A DNA stretch of 64,000 bases. Origin: Sedimentisphaerales bacterium. GTDB lineage: Bacteria > Planctomycetota > Phycisphaerae > Sedimentisphaerales > Anaerobacaceae. Shown here one piece after another: positions 40,289 to 50,741 of this stretch. The notes beneath the pieces are model-generated. The model saw nothing but the letters and a program-made list of their open reading frames with translations. It did not search any database and was not told the origin of the DNA. Location: the NCBI GenBank assembly GCA_963708075.1, contig OY970194.1, positions 3,648,001-3,712,000 of the forward strand, in the 5' to 3' direction. Positions within the stretch are counted from its first letter, which is position 1, and every line of letters begins with the position of its first letter. The position numbers and the translations under genes are program-made.

Positions 40289-41110
40289 TCAATTCATTTC
40301 GAACCCACCATCGACGTTGAGCGTCTGGCCGGTAATGTAGTCGGCGTCGGCCGAGCAGAGGAAGGCCACCGCCCCGGCCACATCTTCGACGCTGCCCGCC
40401 CGCTGCAGCGGGATCTTCTCAATGAAGGCCTTCATCGCCTCGCCGGGCTGGGCTCCCATGATCCGGCTGCGGTCGCGGTCGATCTGCTCCCACATGGGCG
40501 TCGGGACCACGCCCGGGCAGACGGCGTTCACATTGATATTGTACGGGCTCAGGGCCAGAGCCGCCGATTGCGTGACGCTGATGATGGCTGCCTTGCTCGC
40601 CGCGTAGGCCATCTGCACGCTGCGTCCGCGCCGGCCGGAGATCGAGGAGAAGTTGACGATCTTGCCGTGGCTGCGTTCGGCCCGCCCCTGCGCGATCACC
40701 TCCTGCGGGACCTGCCCGATCATCTGCCGGGCCACCGCCTGCATGCAGAATACCGTCCCCTTGAGATTGACGTCGATCACGCGATCCCACTCCTCCTCTG
40801 TAAGCTCCAGGAAAGGCGTCGTCTGGGCGATCCCCGCCGCGTTGACCAGAATATCGATCCGGCCGAACTCGGCGATCGTGCGCCCAACCATCGACTCAAT
40901 CTCAGCCGGATGCGCCACGTTCAGAGCGTACGACCGAGCCCGCCGATCCAATGCGAGCGCATCACCTGCCGTTTGTTCAGCCGTCTCAGGGTTGATGTCC
41001 ACGACGACGATGTCCGCTCCCTCGCACGCGAGGCGCAGCGCGACGGCTCGGCCAATCCCCCGGCCGGCCCCCGTGACAACCGCCAGCTTGCCTGAAAACC
41101 GTGACTCCAT
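40289..41110 (-). CDS. Short-chain dehydrogenase (polyol dehydrogenase-like)
   Basis: TGAGRGIG, YAASK, CPGVVPTPMW, TGQTLNVDGG. Confidence 0.92.
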   Translation of the reverse strand: MESRFSGKLAVVTGAGRGIGRAVALRLACEGADIVVVDINPETAEQTAGDALALDRRARSYALNVAHPAEIESMVGRTIAEFGRIDILVNAAGIAQTTPFLELTEEEWDRVIDVNLKGTVFCMQAVARQMIGQVPQEVIAQGRAERSHGKIVNFSSISGRRGRSVQMAYAASKAAIISVTQSAALALSPYNINVNAVCPGVVPTPMWEQIDRDRSRIMGAQPGEAMKAFIEKIPLQRAGSVEDVAGAVAFLCSADADYITGQTLNVDGGFEMN

Positions 41111-41188
41111 ATTCTTGTGCCCACATGCGAACCAGGATCGCACCACGTAGTTTACCGCAGACGAGTGATTCTGCCAAACCCTCACTGG

Positions 41189-42825
41189 CTACCGATGACA
41201 AAAGACATCGGCGGCCACATCGCACAGGAATCGTCTGATCCTGTCGTGGTACTGCCGGTAGAACTCCGCCGGGAGGCTGTAGAACATGGGCCGGTTGACG
41301 AACTGGCCGTGCTGATCGCGCCTGCCGACGGAGGCAAAGTTGTAGTGGTGAAATACCGCGTGATGCGGCGAGGGAGCCGGATCGCCGCCGCTCTCGTACT
41401 CGCGGAGGCAGCGCACGGCGAACCCCGATCCGGCCGCCGCCTCGCGGCGCGCGTAGGTCAGGGTGTCGTCCCACCACAACTGGAACCGCTCCCGATCACA
41501 CTCCCACAGCACCTGGCCGAAAATGACCTGCAAGGAGGGCGACACTTTGAAGTGGTTTCGCCCCTCAGTGGCACGGCCTATGGCCTGCCGGGCGGCGGCG
41601 GACAAATCATCGCCGGAGTGGATGTCCAGCATGATGTCGGAGTCCACGGCGATGGCGTGGAGCCGCCGGAGCCGCTCCCCAAATTCGACCAGGCCGGCCG
41701 CATCGTAGTCCTGTCCCTTGACAATGCCAACGTTCGGAGCGATGTGCGTCATGGGAATCCCCCGTCGCCTTAATTCTTCAGCGAGGAAGGTCAGTTCCGC
41801 TTCCGTGGTCAGGCAGGCGGAGGCCGTCATGCCCGGCGGGCACTCATCGATGCTCAACTCGAGATCGAAGGGGGCATCGGCCTTGAGATTCTTGATATGC
41901 GCCGCGAGTTCTGCTACGACATCAAGGGCTGCTCCATACTTCCGATCTATGTAGCCCAGCCGCCCTCGGCTGGGATCACCCCCGGGGGCGGGGGTGCTAC
42001 ATTGTAAAGTCTGCGCTTTATAATCAATGATGTCGGAGACATCGAGCGTAAAGAACGTGTAGTCGCGGGCGGCGTCGATGATGCGCTTGGCTCGTGCCAG
42101 CCCGCCCGGGCCTCGCCGGATCGTGATATGGTCCGCATCCGCCCCATACACGGGGTGCGTGTCCGTCTTCAACGCCTCGATTACGCCGGCCACCCAGAGG
42201 CCCTCGAATGTGCTGCCGGTGTGTCCTTCGTCGAGCGTGCCGAAGCCGTACAGATAGTTGCTCCGTGGCGGCCGGCCCGCCAGCACATCCTCCAGGAGAT
42301 TCAGCTCGCGCACGGAATTCTGGATGGCATTTGACGTAAATTGGCCCTCGTCCATCGCCTGCCAGATGCCCGGCCAGACGGATGTGGACATCCGTGTGCC
42401 GATCCCCAATCTTGGTACGGCCCCCATTGCCCGGGGGCCCTTGTCCGGCCGCAGCGTTCCGATGTAGCGTCGAATCGTCGCCAGATCAGAGGCGTACACT
42501 GCCAGAAACAGCTCCTCAGTCAAAGGCATTTTATGTAGCGTGTCGCCGAGGCAGCCTGTGTTCCGTTCTGGTCCAATCTCGACAAAGACATGCTGGCCGT
42601 CCGACAGTCGAGCGAGGCAGTACACGTTCTGACCGTGCTGCCGCAGGACCCGCGATAAACCTCGCAGGATTTGTGGCCGGCGACGATCCGACCCTCCGTG
42701 ACAGCCTTCCAGTACGAGGGCTCCACAGAAGCAATGACGCGCCACGCCCGTTCCGGGTCCCACGTGACGGTGTCCAGGACAGCGGGGTTGACCGCCGGAT
42801 CGATCTCGAGTTGACCGAATCTCAT
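41189..42825 (-). CDS. Tagaturonate/fructuronate epimerase (UxaE)-like protein, frameshift near 42630
   Basis: GIGTR, QNSVREL, YGADADH, FTLD, ELSIDE, APN, IHSGDD; the N-terminus (MRFGQL..., ATG at 42825) is in another frame. Confidence 0.8.
41950..42003 (+). repeat. REP doublet inside the UxaE-like gene
   Basis: GTAGCCCAGCCGCCCTCGGCTGGGATCACCCCCGGGGGCGGGGGTGCTACA; same family as 11245-11302. Confidence 0.8.
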
Positions 42826-42914
42826 AGTCTGGGCAGCGATGGTAATGTGCCGAGCCCGCACCGTCAATCCAAGAAACCGTTGCCATGCCATCCGCCATCC
42901 CGTATAACTCGGCC

Positions 42915-44472
42915 ATGGCGCGTGACGAACACAACAGGCACAACCCACCGGAGCCCGCGCAGACCGCAGGGATCGAGTCCCCGCCCCGGACGGTTCTGGG
43001 CACGCTGAGCCGGCTCGGGCCGGGCATGATCATCGCCGGCTCCATCGTCGGCTCCGGTGAGCTGATCCTCACGACCAAAGCCGGGGCCGAGGCGGGCTTC
43101 TGGCTGTTGTGGCTGATCATCATTGGATGCGTGATCAAAGTCTCCACGCAAATCGAGTTCGCCCGGCACACGATCACCTGGGGCGAGACGCTCGCTATCG
43201 GCCCTCAACGGCGTGCCCGGCCCCCGGCTGAGGGTCAACTGGCTCCTGTGGTACTGGACCTTCATGACGATCCTCGTCGTCTTCCAACAGGGCGGCATCC
43301 TCGGCGGCGTCGGGCAGACCCTCGCGATCGGCTGCCCCCTGACCCACGACGGAGCCGAGTACAACCGCCTGCAGGATGAGCTGGTCAGGAGCCAGATCGA
43401 GCGCCAATCACTCCTGGCCCAAGGGCACAATGACCCGCAGACCGCGGCGCTGCAGCAGGATATCGACCGGCTCAAAGAGCAGATCGCGGGCCGAAGCGAG
43501 CCCAGCGACCCGTACTTGTGGGCGGCGATCCTGGCCGTCGTGACGTCAATCCTGCTGTACGTCGGCAGGTATCAGCTCATTCAGGTTATCGCAACGGCAC
43601 TCGTGGCGACCTTCACGCTCGTGACCGTCCTCACCGTCGTTGCGCTGCAGATGCGGACCGGATGGGCCATTCGAGTTGAGGAGCTGGCGCAAGGACTCAG
43701 TTTCCACTTGCCGCCCGCCGACCCTGCCAGCGGCGCCAACCCGATGCGCACGGCCTTCGGGGCTTTCGGCATCATCGGCATCGGGGCCGCGGAGCTGATC
43801 ATGTACCCCTACTGGTGCCTGGAGAAGGGGTACGCAAGGTTCACCGGCCCTCGTGACGGCACGGCCGGGTGGATCGTGCGCGCCCGCGGCTGGATTCGCG
43901 TGCTACACATCGATGCCTGGACCTCCATGGTCGTATACACGTTCGCGACGCTGGCCTTCTACCTGCTCGGCGCCGCCGTGCTCGGCCGGATCGGGCTGCA
44001 CCCTGGAGACCGTGACATGGTCCCCACGCTGGCGGCCATGTACATCCCCGTCTTCGGCCCGCTGGCGTATGTGATCTTTCTCTCCGGGGCGTTCGCCGTG
44101 CTGTACTCGACGCTCTTCGTCGCCGCCGCGGGCAATTCGCGGATGGTCGCCGATGCTCTGGGGCTCTATCGCCTCGCGGACGGTTCGGAGGCGGGCAGGA
44201 CCGTGTGGACGCGCCGAATCAGCGCGGTCTGGCCCTTTGCTGCATTGATCCTGTATGTATTCGTGCGAGCGCCGCAGACAATGATCGTGGTCTGCGGTCT
44301 CGCTCAATCCGTCATGCTGCCGTTGCTCGGGGCGGCGGCGCTATACTTCCGCTATCGCCGGAGCGACCCGGCCCTGCGCCCGGGCCGGCTCTGGGACACC
44401 ATGCTCTGGGTTGCTTTCGCGGCTTTCCTGGCCGTCGGCGGCTGGTCGGTCTTCACCGTCCTCGCAAGATAG
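42915..44472 (+). CDS. Nramp-like/APC superfamily transporter, frameshift near 43200
   Basis: LGPGMIIAGSIVGSGELI, AGFWLLW, YPYWCLEKG and many TM helices over two overlapping ORFs. Confidence 0.8.
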
Positions 44473-44499
44473 GTCCCATAGGTCCTATCCGTCCTATCC
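44469..44499 (+). repeat. Short tandem 9-mer repeat between convergent genes
   Basis: ataggtcccataggtcctatccgtcctatcc; contains both stop codons. Confidence 0.7.
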
Positions 44500-45387
44500 T
44501 CTTACCTGCACCTTGGCAAGTTGCTCGTAGAACTCGATGATCCCCCCGTGATCGTTGCCGGCTTTGCCGCCCGCCTTCAGGGCCTGCAGGACCTCCATCA
44601 CCACGCTCGACAGCGGCACGGGCACGCCAAGCTCGTGAGCGGTATCCAACGCGTTGGCCATGTCTTTGATGTGCAGCTCGATCCGGAACCCCGGCTTGAA
44701 ATTGCCCTTGAGAGCCAGCGGCATCTTGGCTTCCAGCACGGCGCTGCCCGCCAGGCCGCCCCGGATCGCCTGGAAGACCTTCTCCGGCTCGACGCCAGCC
44801 TTCGTCGCCAGGACCATCGCCTCGGATACTGCCGCAATGTTCAGGGCTACGATGATCTGGTTGGCGAGCTTGGCGACGTTGCCGCTGCCAATGTCGCCCA
44901 CACGAGTGACGGAAGAGCCCATCGCGGCCAGGATATCCTTGACCTTCTCGAAGACATCCTGCGGCCCCCCCACCATGATCGCCAGCGTCCCGGCAATGGC
45001 CTTGGGCTCGCCGCCGCTGACAGGAGCATCGAGCATGGCGATGCCCTTTTCCTGGACCTTGGCCGCAATCTCGCGGCTGGCTAATGGTGAGATCGAGCTC
45101 ATATCAATCAGGATCGTTTCGCGTCTGGCGCCCTCGAGCACGCCGTTGGGCCCAAGCACGGCCTCGCGCACGTGCGGCGAGTTCGGCAACATCGTGATAA
45201 CGATGTCGCTCTTGGCAGCGACATCTTTGCTCGACGCCCCCTTCCGGGCGCCGACCTTGGCCAGCTCATCCGCCCTCTGAGCGACGATATCATACACGGT
45301 CAGCTCGTGTCCTGCCTTGACAAGATTTTGGGCCATGGGCTTGCCCATGATCCCCAACCCGATGAATCCAATTTTCGCCACGGCCAA
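44494..45387 (-). CDS. garR: 2-hydroxy-3-oxopropionate (tartronate semialdehyde) reductase
   Basis: IGFIGLGIMGKPMA, MLPNSPHV, DAPVSGGEPKAI, KLANQ, FKPGFRIELHIKD. Confidence 0.93.
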   Translation of the reverse strand: MAVAKIGFIGLGIMGKPMAQNLVKAGHELTVYDIVAQRADELAKVGARKGASSKDVAAKSDIVITMLPNSPHVREAVLGPNGVLEGARRETILIDMSSISPLASREIAAKVQEKGIAMLDAPVSGGEPKAIAGTLAIMVGGPQDVFEKVKDILAAMGSSVTRVGDIGSGNVAKLANQIIVALNIAAVSEAMVLATKAGVEPEKVFQAIRGGLAGSAVLEAKMPLALKGNFKPGFRIELHIKDMANALDTAHELGVPVPLSSVVMEVLQALKAGGKAGNDHGGIIEFYEQLAKVQVRG

Positions 45388-45436
45388 TTCCTTAAGAGGG
45401 AAGGTGTGCGGTGCACACCAATAGCACTCGTGTTCT

Positions 45437-46470
45437 TTACAGCCGAAGATTCTCCATCAGCTTCCAGCCGCTCTCGATGAACTGCGAGAGCGTTCTCTGT
45501 GTGACGCCGTAGGTGATGAAGTCGGCCGGTTTCATACCGTCGGGCTCGTACGCACGCACGAAGTCCGGGATCTGCGACAGCCGCTCGATCACATCGGCGG
45601 GAATCTCTCTGTCGATTCGCTCTTCCTGCGGCAGCTCCGGCGCCAGCAGCATCTCCTGAATCGACGGGAAGATCGACATGATGACCTCGGCCCCGGCCAG
45701 TTCCGTCATGTGATGCGTGCCTCGCAAGGCCGCGACCAGCAGGACCGTCTCATAGCCGCGCTGCTTGTAGATGGAATAGGCCCGCTTCGTGACGGCCAAT
45801 CCCGCCTGGCGGATGTCCGACTCGCTGACCTCGGCCCGGCAGTCATGGGCGACCTCCCGCAGATAATCATCCAGCCGACCGATCATGATCACGGCGAAGC
45901 ACTTGCCCGGCGTGACGCCTTTGGCCCTCGCCCGCTGCAGGCCGCGCCGGTACCGCTCCGCAATCGCGATGGTCTGCGGAACCGTGTAGCTGATCGTCAG
46001 CGTGCACGTGATGCCTTCGGCGGCGCAGTCCTCCAGCACGTCGAGCCCCGCCGCCGTCGCGGGCAGCTTCACGGCGATATTCGGGGCCCACCGGGTGAAC
46101 CGCCGGGCCATGGCCAGCATGGTCTCGCGGTCCCCTGCCCGATTCGGATTCACCTGGGCACACACGTGCCCTGTCGCCCAGCGGGTCTTCTCATACTGCG
46201 GCAGCAACTGTTCGGCCACGTGCGCAACCACTATCCGCATCAGCCCTTCCGCGCGATTCTCCGGCTCAGCGCTTTGGGCAAGCACGTTCTTGATTTCGGC
46301 CGCCCATGCGGTCTTGTTGGCCGAAAGTGCAACGCTGGCCAGAAACGGGTTGGTCGTCGCCCCGATGGCCCCGCGCCTGATCCCAGCGCCAGTTCCGCCG
46401 GATCGGCGGAATCATGCCACCAAGTTGTCTTCGTTCTGTCAGTCAACCACTGCAGGTACTGTTGTTTCAT
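45437..46470 (-). CDS. Transaldolase family protein, frameshift near 46380
   Basis: WWHDSAD in the upstream frame; TTNP, NIAVKLPAT, MIGRLDD and AALR in the downstream frame. Confidence 0.85.
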
Positions 46471-46669
46471 GCGGCACTCCTGTCTGATCCGCCATAGAAT
46501 AAGACCCCCCGCCTCTCCGGGCAAGGGGAACCCTGAGAAATCTCAGTCTGACGGGTATCGGCCGAGAAATTGCCGTTGTCTCGTGCGGCAAGCTCCCATT
46601 TGCACTCCCACCGGGCCGTACCTACAATGGCAGCGTGGTCCTAAGATCATTTGGGCATTGCGAGCAAGT

Positions 46670-47317
46670 ATGAAGAAAACGCGATATACAGGCGGGCGTC
46701 CGAATAAGCGTGACCGCAAGCCCCTTGTGGTTGTCGGAATTGATCTTGCCGGATCACCTCGCCGGCCGACGGGAGTATGCGTTCTGCGAGGGATGACGGC
46801 GCGGACACAGATTGCGTTCACGGATGATGAGATACTGAACTCGATAGTACAAGCACAACCCAAGATCGTTCCCATCGATGCACCGCTGAGTCTGCCCGGC
46901 GGACGCAAGACAATCCATGACTCGTCCGGTGAGCACTTTCGGGACTGCGATCTTGAACTGCGCAACCGCGGCATTCGGTTCTTTCCCGTCACACTGGGCC
47001 CGATGCGGATGCTCACGGAACGCGGCATTGCGCTCAAAGCGAAGATAGAAGAGATGGGCTATCGTGCGGTTGAGTGTTATCCCGGCGGCGCACAGGACGT
47101 GTGGGGCATCCCGCGCCAGCACCACGATCTTCAAGGACTCCGCAGGGGTTTGGAGGACCTGGGAGTGAGAGGACTGACAGGGGCGATGACGGGCGACGAG
47201 CTGGATGCAGTGACCGCGGCCCTGGTCGGCCGGCGGTTTCTTTTGGGTAAAGGTGAGACCCTCGGGGGCAAGGGAGGAATCATCATGCCCGTCGCGACCC
47301 GGAAATCCAAAAGGTGA
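46670..47317 (+). CDS. DUF429-like RNase H-fold predicted nuclease
   Basis: VGIDLAG, IDAPLSLP, R.CD.ELR, ECYP, DELDA. Confidence 0.8.
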   Translation: MKKTRYTGGRPNKRDRKPLVVVGIDLAGSPRRPTGVCVLRGMTARTQIAFTDDEILNSIVQAQPKIVPIDAPLSLPGGRKTIHDSSGEHFRDCDLELRNRGIRFFPVTLGPMRMLTERGIALKAKIEEMGYRAVECYPGGAQDVWGIPRQHHDLQGLRRGLEDLGVRGLTGAMTGDELDAVTAALVGRRFLLGKGETLGGKGGIIMPVATRKSKR

Positions 47318-47395
47318 TGAGTTCGTCCGAAGTTCTTGAGTTTTGGGTGGCATGCACAGGCCCGACCTCAAGAATATGGGACAAAGCCAATACTC

Positions 47396-47416
47396 GTAGG
47401 GTGTGCACCGCACACC
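47396..47416 (+). repeat. REP-like palindrome GTAGGGTGTGCACCGCACACC
   Basis: Same family as 12714-12781 and the degenerate copy at 45403-45419. Confidence 0.7.
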
Positions 47417-47443
47417 TTCTCATCTCCACTGGTCACATACTTG

Positions 47444-50400
47444 CTACAATTCGCTGCGCACGTGCACCTGCGGGACGGCGACGATGCCGGCCTCCCAGAG
47501 CTGGTAATCGTTCGACCACTGTCTGCCGCCGGTGATCCAGTGGCCGGGGCCGTAGGCGTCGGAGCGCTTGGGGACCAGGTGCAGCGGGCCGAACGTGTTA
47601 CGCCGCGTCAGGACCACATCCACGGAGATCGTGTCGCTCTCGCGGGCATCCTCCGTGATTTCCGCCTCATACGGTTGCCAGGCGATCATGCGCGGGGCAT
47701 GGCCCTCAGAGGAAACCTTCGCACAGGCGGCCTCAAACTCGGGTAGCTCGATGAAGAAACGCTCGCCCCCGGTCGGTCGCGGTCCCAGCGGGACCTCATA
47801 GCGGATCGTGCCGGAGTAGAACGGCAGGCCCTGCCTGGTGACATCGCCCGCCGCCAGCTTTTCGGGCAGATCGATCAGGACGCTCGATGCGCCTTCGATT
47901 CGTACGCCGAACTTGCCGATGAGATAGACGGCCTCGATGTTCTTGTCCTCGGAGAAGGCCATCTGCAATTCGAGCGAATTATCGCCCTTGATCAAGGCGT
48001 CCCCGGGCAGCGGGATTCTCCTGATGGCTGGGTCGATCCACCAGCCGGCGGGCTCAGAGGCGATCTGCCGGCCATTGAGTCTGATCATGAAGTGCTCCGG
48101 GTGCTCGATGCACAGTGTGACCGGCCCGGCCGGCACCGCCTCCGCGCGGAACGCAAAGGCCATCGTGACCTGGCCTTTGACCGGCGGCTGCGGTGAGTAC
48201 TTCCTGCTGAACCACGGCTGGACCATCTCCCCGCCGCGATGGGCCAGGCCGAACTGGTCCCGCACCGCCTGGTCGATCTTCAGGACCTCTTTCGCCTCCC
48301 GCCAATTGCCTTCGTCAATCCAGTACTTTGCCATATCGAGCACGCACACGTTGTCCTCGTTGAGGCTGTACTCGAACGGCCCGTCGCAGGCCCGTGTCTG
48401 CTTCTGCACGTACCGGGGCTTGGGCGCGATCCCTGCTGGTTTGTTGGCCGAGATCACGTAAGCATGTTCGCCGGAGGGCGGGAAATCCGCCCTGAATTCA
48501 AGGGTCCCGTCCTTCTCCTGCGCATCGATGGCGTACCGCTCGGCAGTCAGGCAGTTCCACTCTGCAACGTATCCCGCACCCGGCACGCGGATCACCGCAT
48601 CCTTGTACCCCTTGTCCCGGTTGACGTTCATGGCTACGAGGATTCTGCGGCCGTCGTCCACGCGCATCTGGCAGAAGATGTCCGTCAGTGACTCGCCGGA
48701 CTTTGCGTCCACGATCTGCACCGGCGGCCGGATGTGCTTCTTGACCTCGGCAATCACGCTTTGTCGGTCGAAGTTGCACTGGCTCACGTGCTTCGCGATC
48801 GCTGACGCAAGCGGGACCTCTTTCGCATCGACATACGCCGGTGGATCGCCCGCGAAGATCACTTTGCCGCCGGCCTTGTAGAACTTGTACAGCGTCATGA
48901 GCGTGTCGACGCGTATCGTGGTCATCTTGCCGACGAGGACCGCACGATAGGGCGCTTGGCCCACCCAGAGCACAGGCTGACCATCGGCGCCCGTCTCGAT
49001 GCGGCACAGGCGGCTCATCATCTCCTCGTCGCCGTAGTCGAAGTCGATCTGGGCCCCGGCCAGCCAGTGGAACAGGTCGAAGTACGCCCGCTCGATCTCT
49101 TGCACGGCGGCGTCCTTCGGTGTGGCTATATTGTGCGTCCAGTCCGCGTGCACCTGGCACCACAGGCTCTCGACGGGATTGATCACGAGCAGGTCGCAGT
49201 AGGGCTTGCCCTGCTGCAGAAGCAGGCCGAGCCGGGCGAAATAGGTCTCCACCGCCGCATAGTCCCGCCACCAGCCGGACTGGTAGAAGATGCTCGCCGG
49301 GTAGTCTCGCTTCGCCTCGCCCTCCATCGTGTACCACGCCAGGTGGGGACATCGCACATTGATCCCGAACAGGGCCTGCCAGTCGCCGATGGCCTTGTGG
49401 CCCTCGAAGTCGAGCTGCCAGCCGGTCACGCCGTCCAGCTCCGACAACAGCCATTTCTGCCCGAGCTGCCGGGCGGCCGAGCTGAGCTGCTTGACGATCC
49501 AGTAGCTACGGTTGCCCTCGGTGAGCACGTCCACGCCGGGACTGTGCATGGACTCGTAGAACCGCATGAGCGAACCCTGCATCGTCGTCTGGGCGGTCAG
49601 CGTGTCCTCATGCAGGACGTGGCCGGTCAATAGCATGTGATTCCGCTCGCACCAGTCGTAGATCGGCTCGGCCCAGTTTTCGAGGAACAACTGCTGGCAG
49701 GTCTCGACATAATAGTACTTCGTCAGGGTGACCGGCTGGCCATCCGGGCGAAGGAACAGCTCCGGCAGAGAATCCACCAGGTCATACCCGATGCGATATT
49801 GGAACTCCTCCGGCAGCTTGTCCGTCCAGGGAGTCATCCAACTGCCATCCGCGTTCGATATGCCGAACCCGCACATGAGGGCCCCGCGGTGCGGCTCGTC
49901 GGTGAAGATCCCTCGGATCGACTTGCCCAGCCGGTCGCCGCAGCGGGCCTTGTACTGCTCGTGCGTGAGCTTCAGGAAGTAGTCCGTCGCCTCGCGGTTC
50001 ATCGTGTCCGCGTACGTGTAGCCGTTATAGAAACTGCTCGGCGCCATCTCCTCAATGGTGAACACGAGAATAGTCTTGCCCGCATAATCCGAGGCCGACG
50101 TGTCACTGGGGATCCGCACGCAGTTGGAGTAGTCGAGCCCTTTCAGGTCGCAGGCAAACGCAGCGTAGATACCGTCTTTCCAGGTGAATTGCTCCGCCGG
50201 CACAGTCCGGAGCTTCATGAACTTGAGCCGGTACTTCGGCTCCTTCGTGACCAGCCCGCCCGCCGTGCCCGAAGGCCAGCGGTCCTCGTCATACAGCCAC
50301 GCCTCCATGCTCAGCTTCTCCGCCTCATCCGCACAGGCGTTGACCAGCGAGAACCACTCGTCCCCCAGGTACTCCGTCGCCAGCCCGGTCCGCGAGTGCA

Positions 50401-50647
50401 TGAAGAACCCGCCAAACCCCATGTCCTTCATGACATGGATCTGTCGGATCAGCTCATCCTTCTTCAGTTCCCCATTCCAAGCCCAAAACGGCTTGCCCCG
50501 ATACTCCGCCGGCGGCTCCCGAAACTGTGCGTATAACTGCCCTGCCGGCTTCGCCCGCCCCGCCCCCCGCAACCCTGCGCAGCCAGCGCCCAATACAACC
50601 ATCAGGACGAACAGCGAGGCGAGAATGAAACGGCATGCATATCGCAT
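47444..50647 (-). CDS. Large secreted glycoside hydrolase (GH106/alpha-L-rhamnosidase-like)
   Basis: Lipoprotein-like signal, PFWAWNG, GFGGFFMH, YDEDRWPSG, FTDEP, PFYSG. Confidence 0.8.
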   Translation of the reverse strand: MRYACRFILASLFVLMVVLGAGCAGLRGAGRAKPAGQLYAQFREPPAEYRGKPFWAWNGELKKDELIRQIHVMKDMGFGGFFMHSRTGLATEYLGDEWFSLVNACADEAEKLSMEAWLYDEDRWPSGTAGGLVTKEPKYRLKFMKLRTVPAEQFTWKDGIYAAFACDLKGLDYSNCVRIPSDTSASDYAGKTILVFTIEEMAPSSFYNGYTYADTMNREATDYFLKLTHEQYKARCGDRLGKSIRGIFTDEPHRGALMCGFGISNADGSWMTPWTDKLPEEFQYRIGYDLVDSLPELFLRPDGQPVTLTKYYYVETCQQLFLENWAEPIYDWCERNHMLLTGHVLHEDTLTAQTTMQGSLMRFYESMHSPGVDVLTEGNRSYWIVKQLSSAARQLGQKWLLSELDGVTGWQLDFEGHKAIGDWQALFGINVRCPHLAWYTMEGEAKRDYPASIFYQSGWWRDYAAVETYFARLGLLLQQGKPYCDLLVINPVESLWCQVHADWTHNIATPKDAAVQEIERAYFDLFHWLAGAQIDFDYGDEEMMSRLCRIETGADGQPVLWVGQAPYRAVLVGKMTTIRVDTLMTLYKFYKAGGKVIFAGDPPAYVDAKEVPLASAIAKHVSQCNFDRQSVIAEVKKHIRPPVQIVDAKSGESLTDIFCQMRVDDGRRILVAMNVNRDKGYKDAVIRVPGAGYVAEWNCLTAERYAIDAQEKDGTLEFRADFPPSGEHAYVISANKPAGIAPKPRYVQKQTRACDGPFEYSLNEDNVCVLDMAKYWIDEGNWREAKEVLKIDQAVRDQFGLAHRGGEMVQPWFSRKYSPQPPVKGQVTMAFAFRAEAVPAGPVTLCIEHPEHFMIRLNGRQIASEPAGWWIDPAIRRIPLPGDALIKGDNSLELQMAFSEDKNIEAVYLIGKFGVRIEGASSVLIDLPEKLAAGDVTRQGLPFYSGTIRYEVPLGPRPTGGERFFIELPEFEAACAKVSSEGHAPRMIAWQPYEAEITEDARESDTISVDVVLTRRNTFGPLHLVPKRSDAYGPGHWITGGRQWSNDYQLWEAGIVAVPQVHVRSEL

Positions 50648-50741
50648 TTCGGTTCTCCAAAGCAGGGATGTGCAACAATGAATCAAAACGCAAAGGACGG
50701 AGGAGAGCGATGTCTCCCCTCCGTCCACTATTTCACAGCTT

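Noticed and set aside
42826..43177. N-terminal extension of ORF 41189..43177
   Set aside because: It overlaps the divergent transporter; the true start is probably the ATG at 42825 in another frame.
45710..46669. N-terminal extension of the 535-aa ORF 45710..47317
   Set aside because: It overlaps the transaldolase gene antisense; the real DUF429-like gene most likely starts at 46670.
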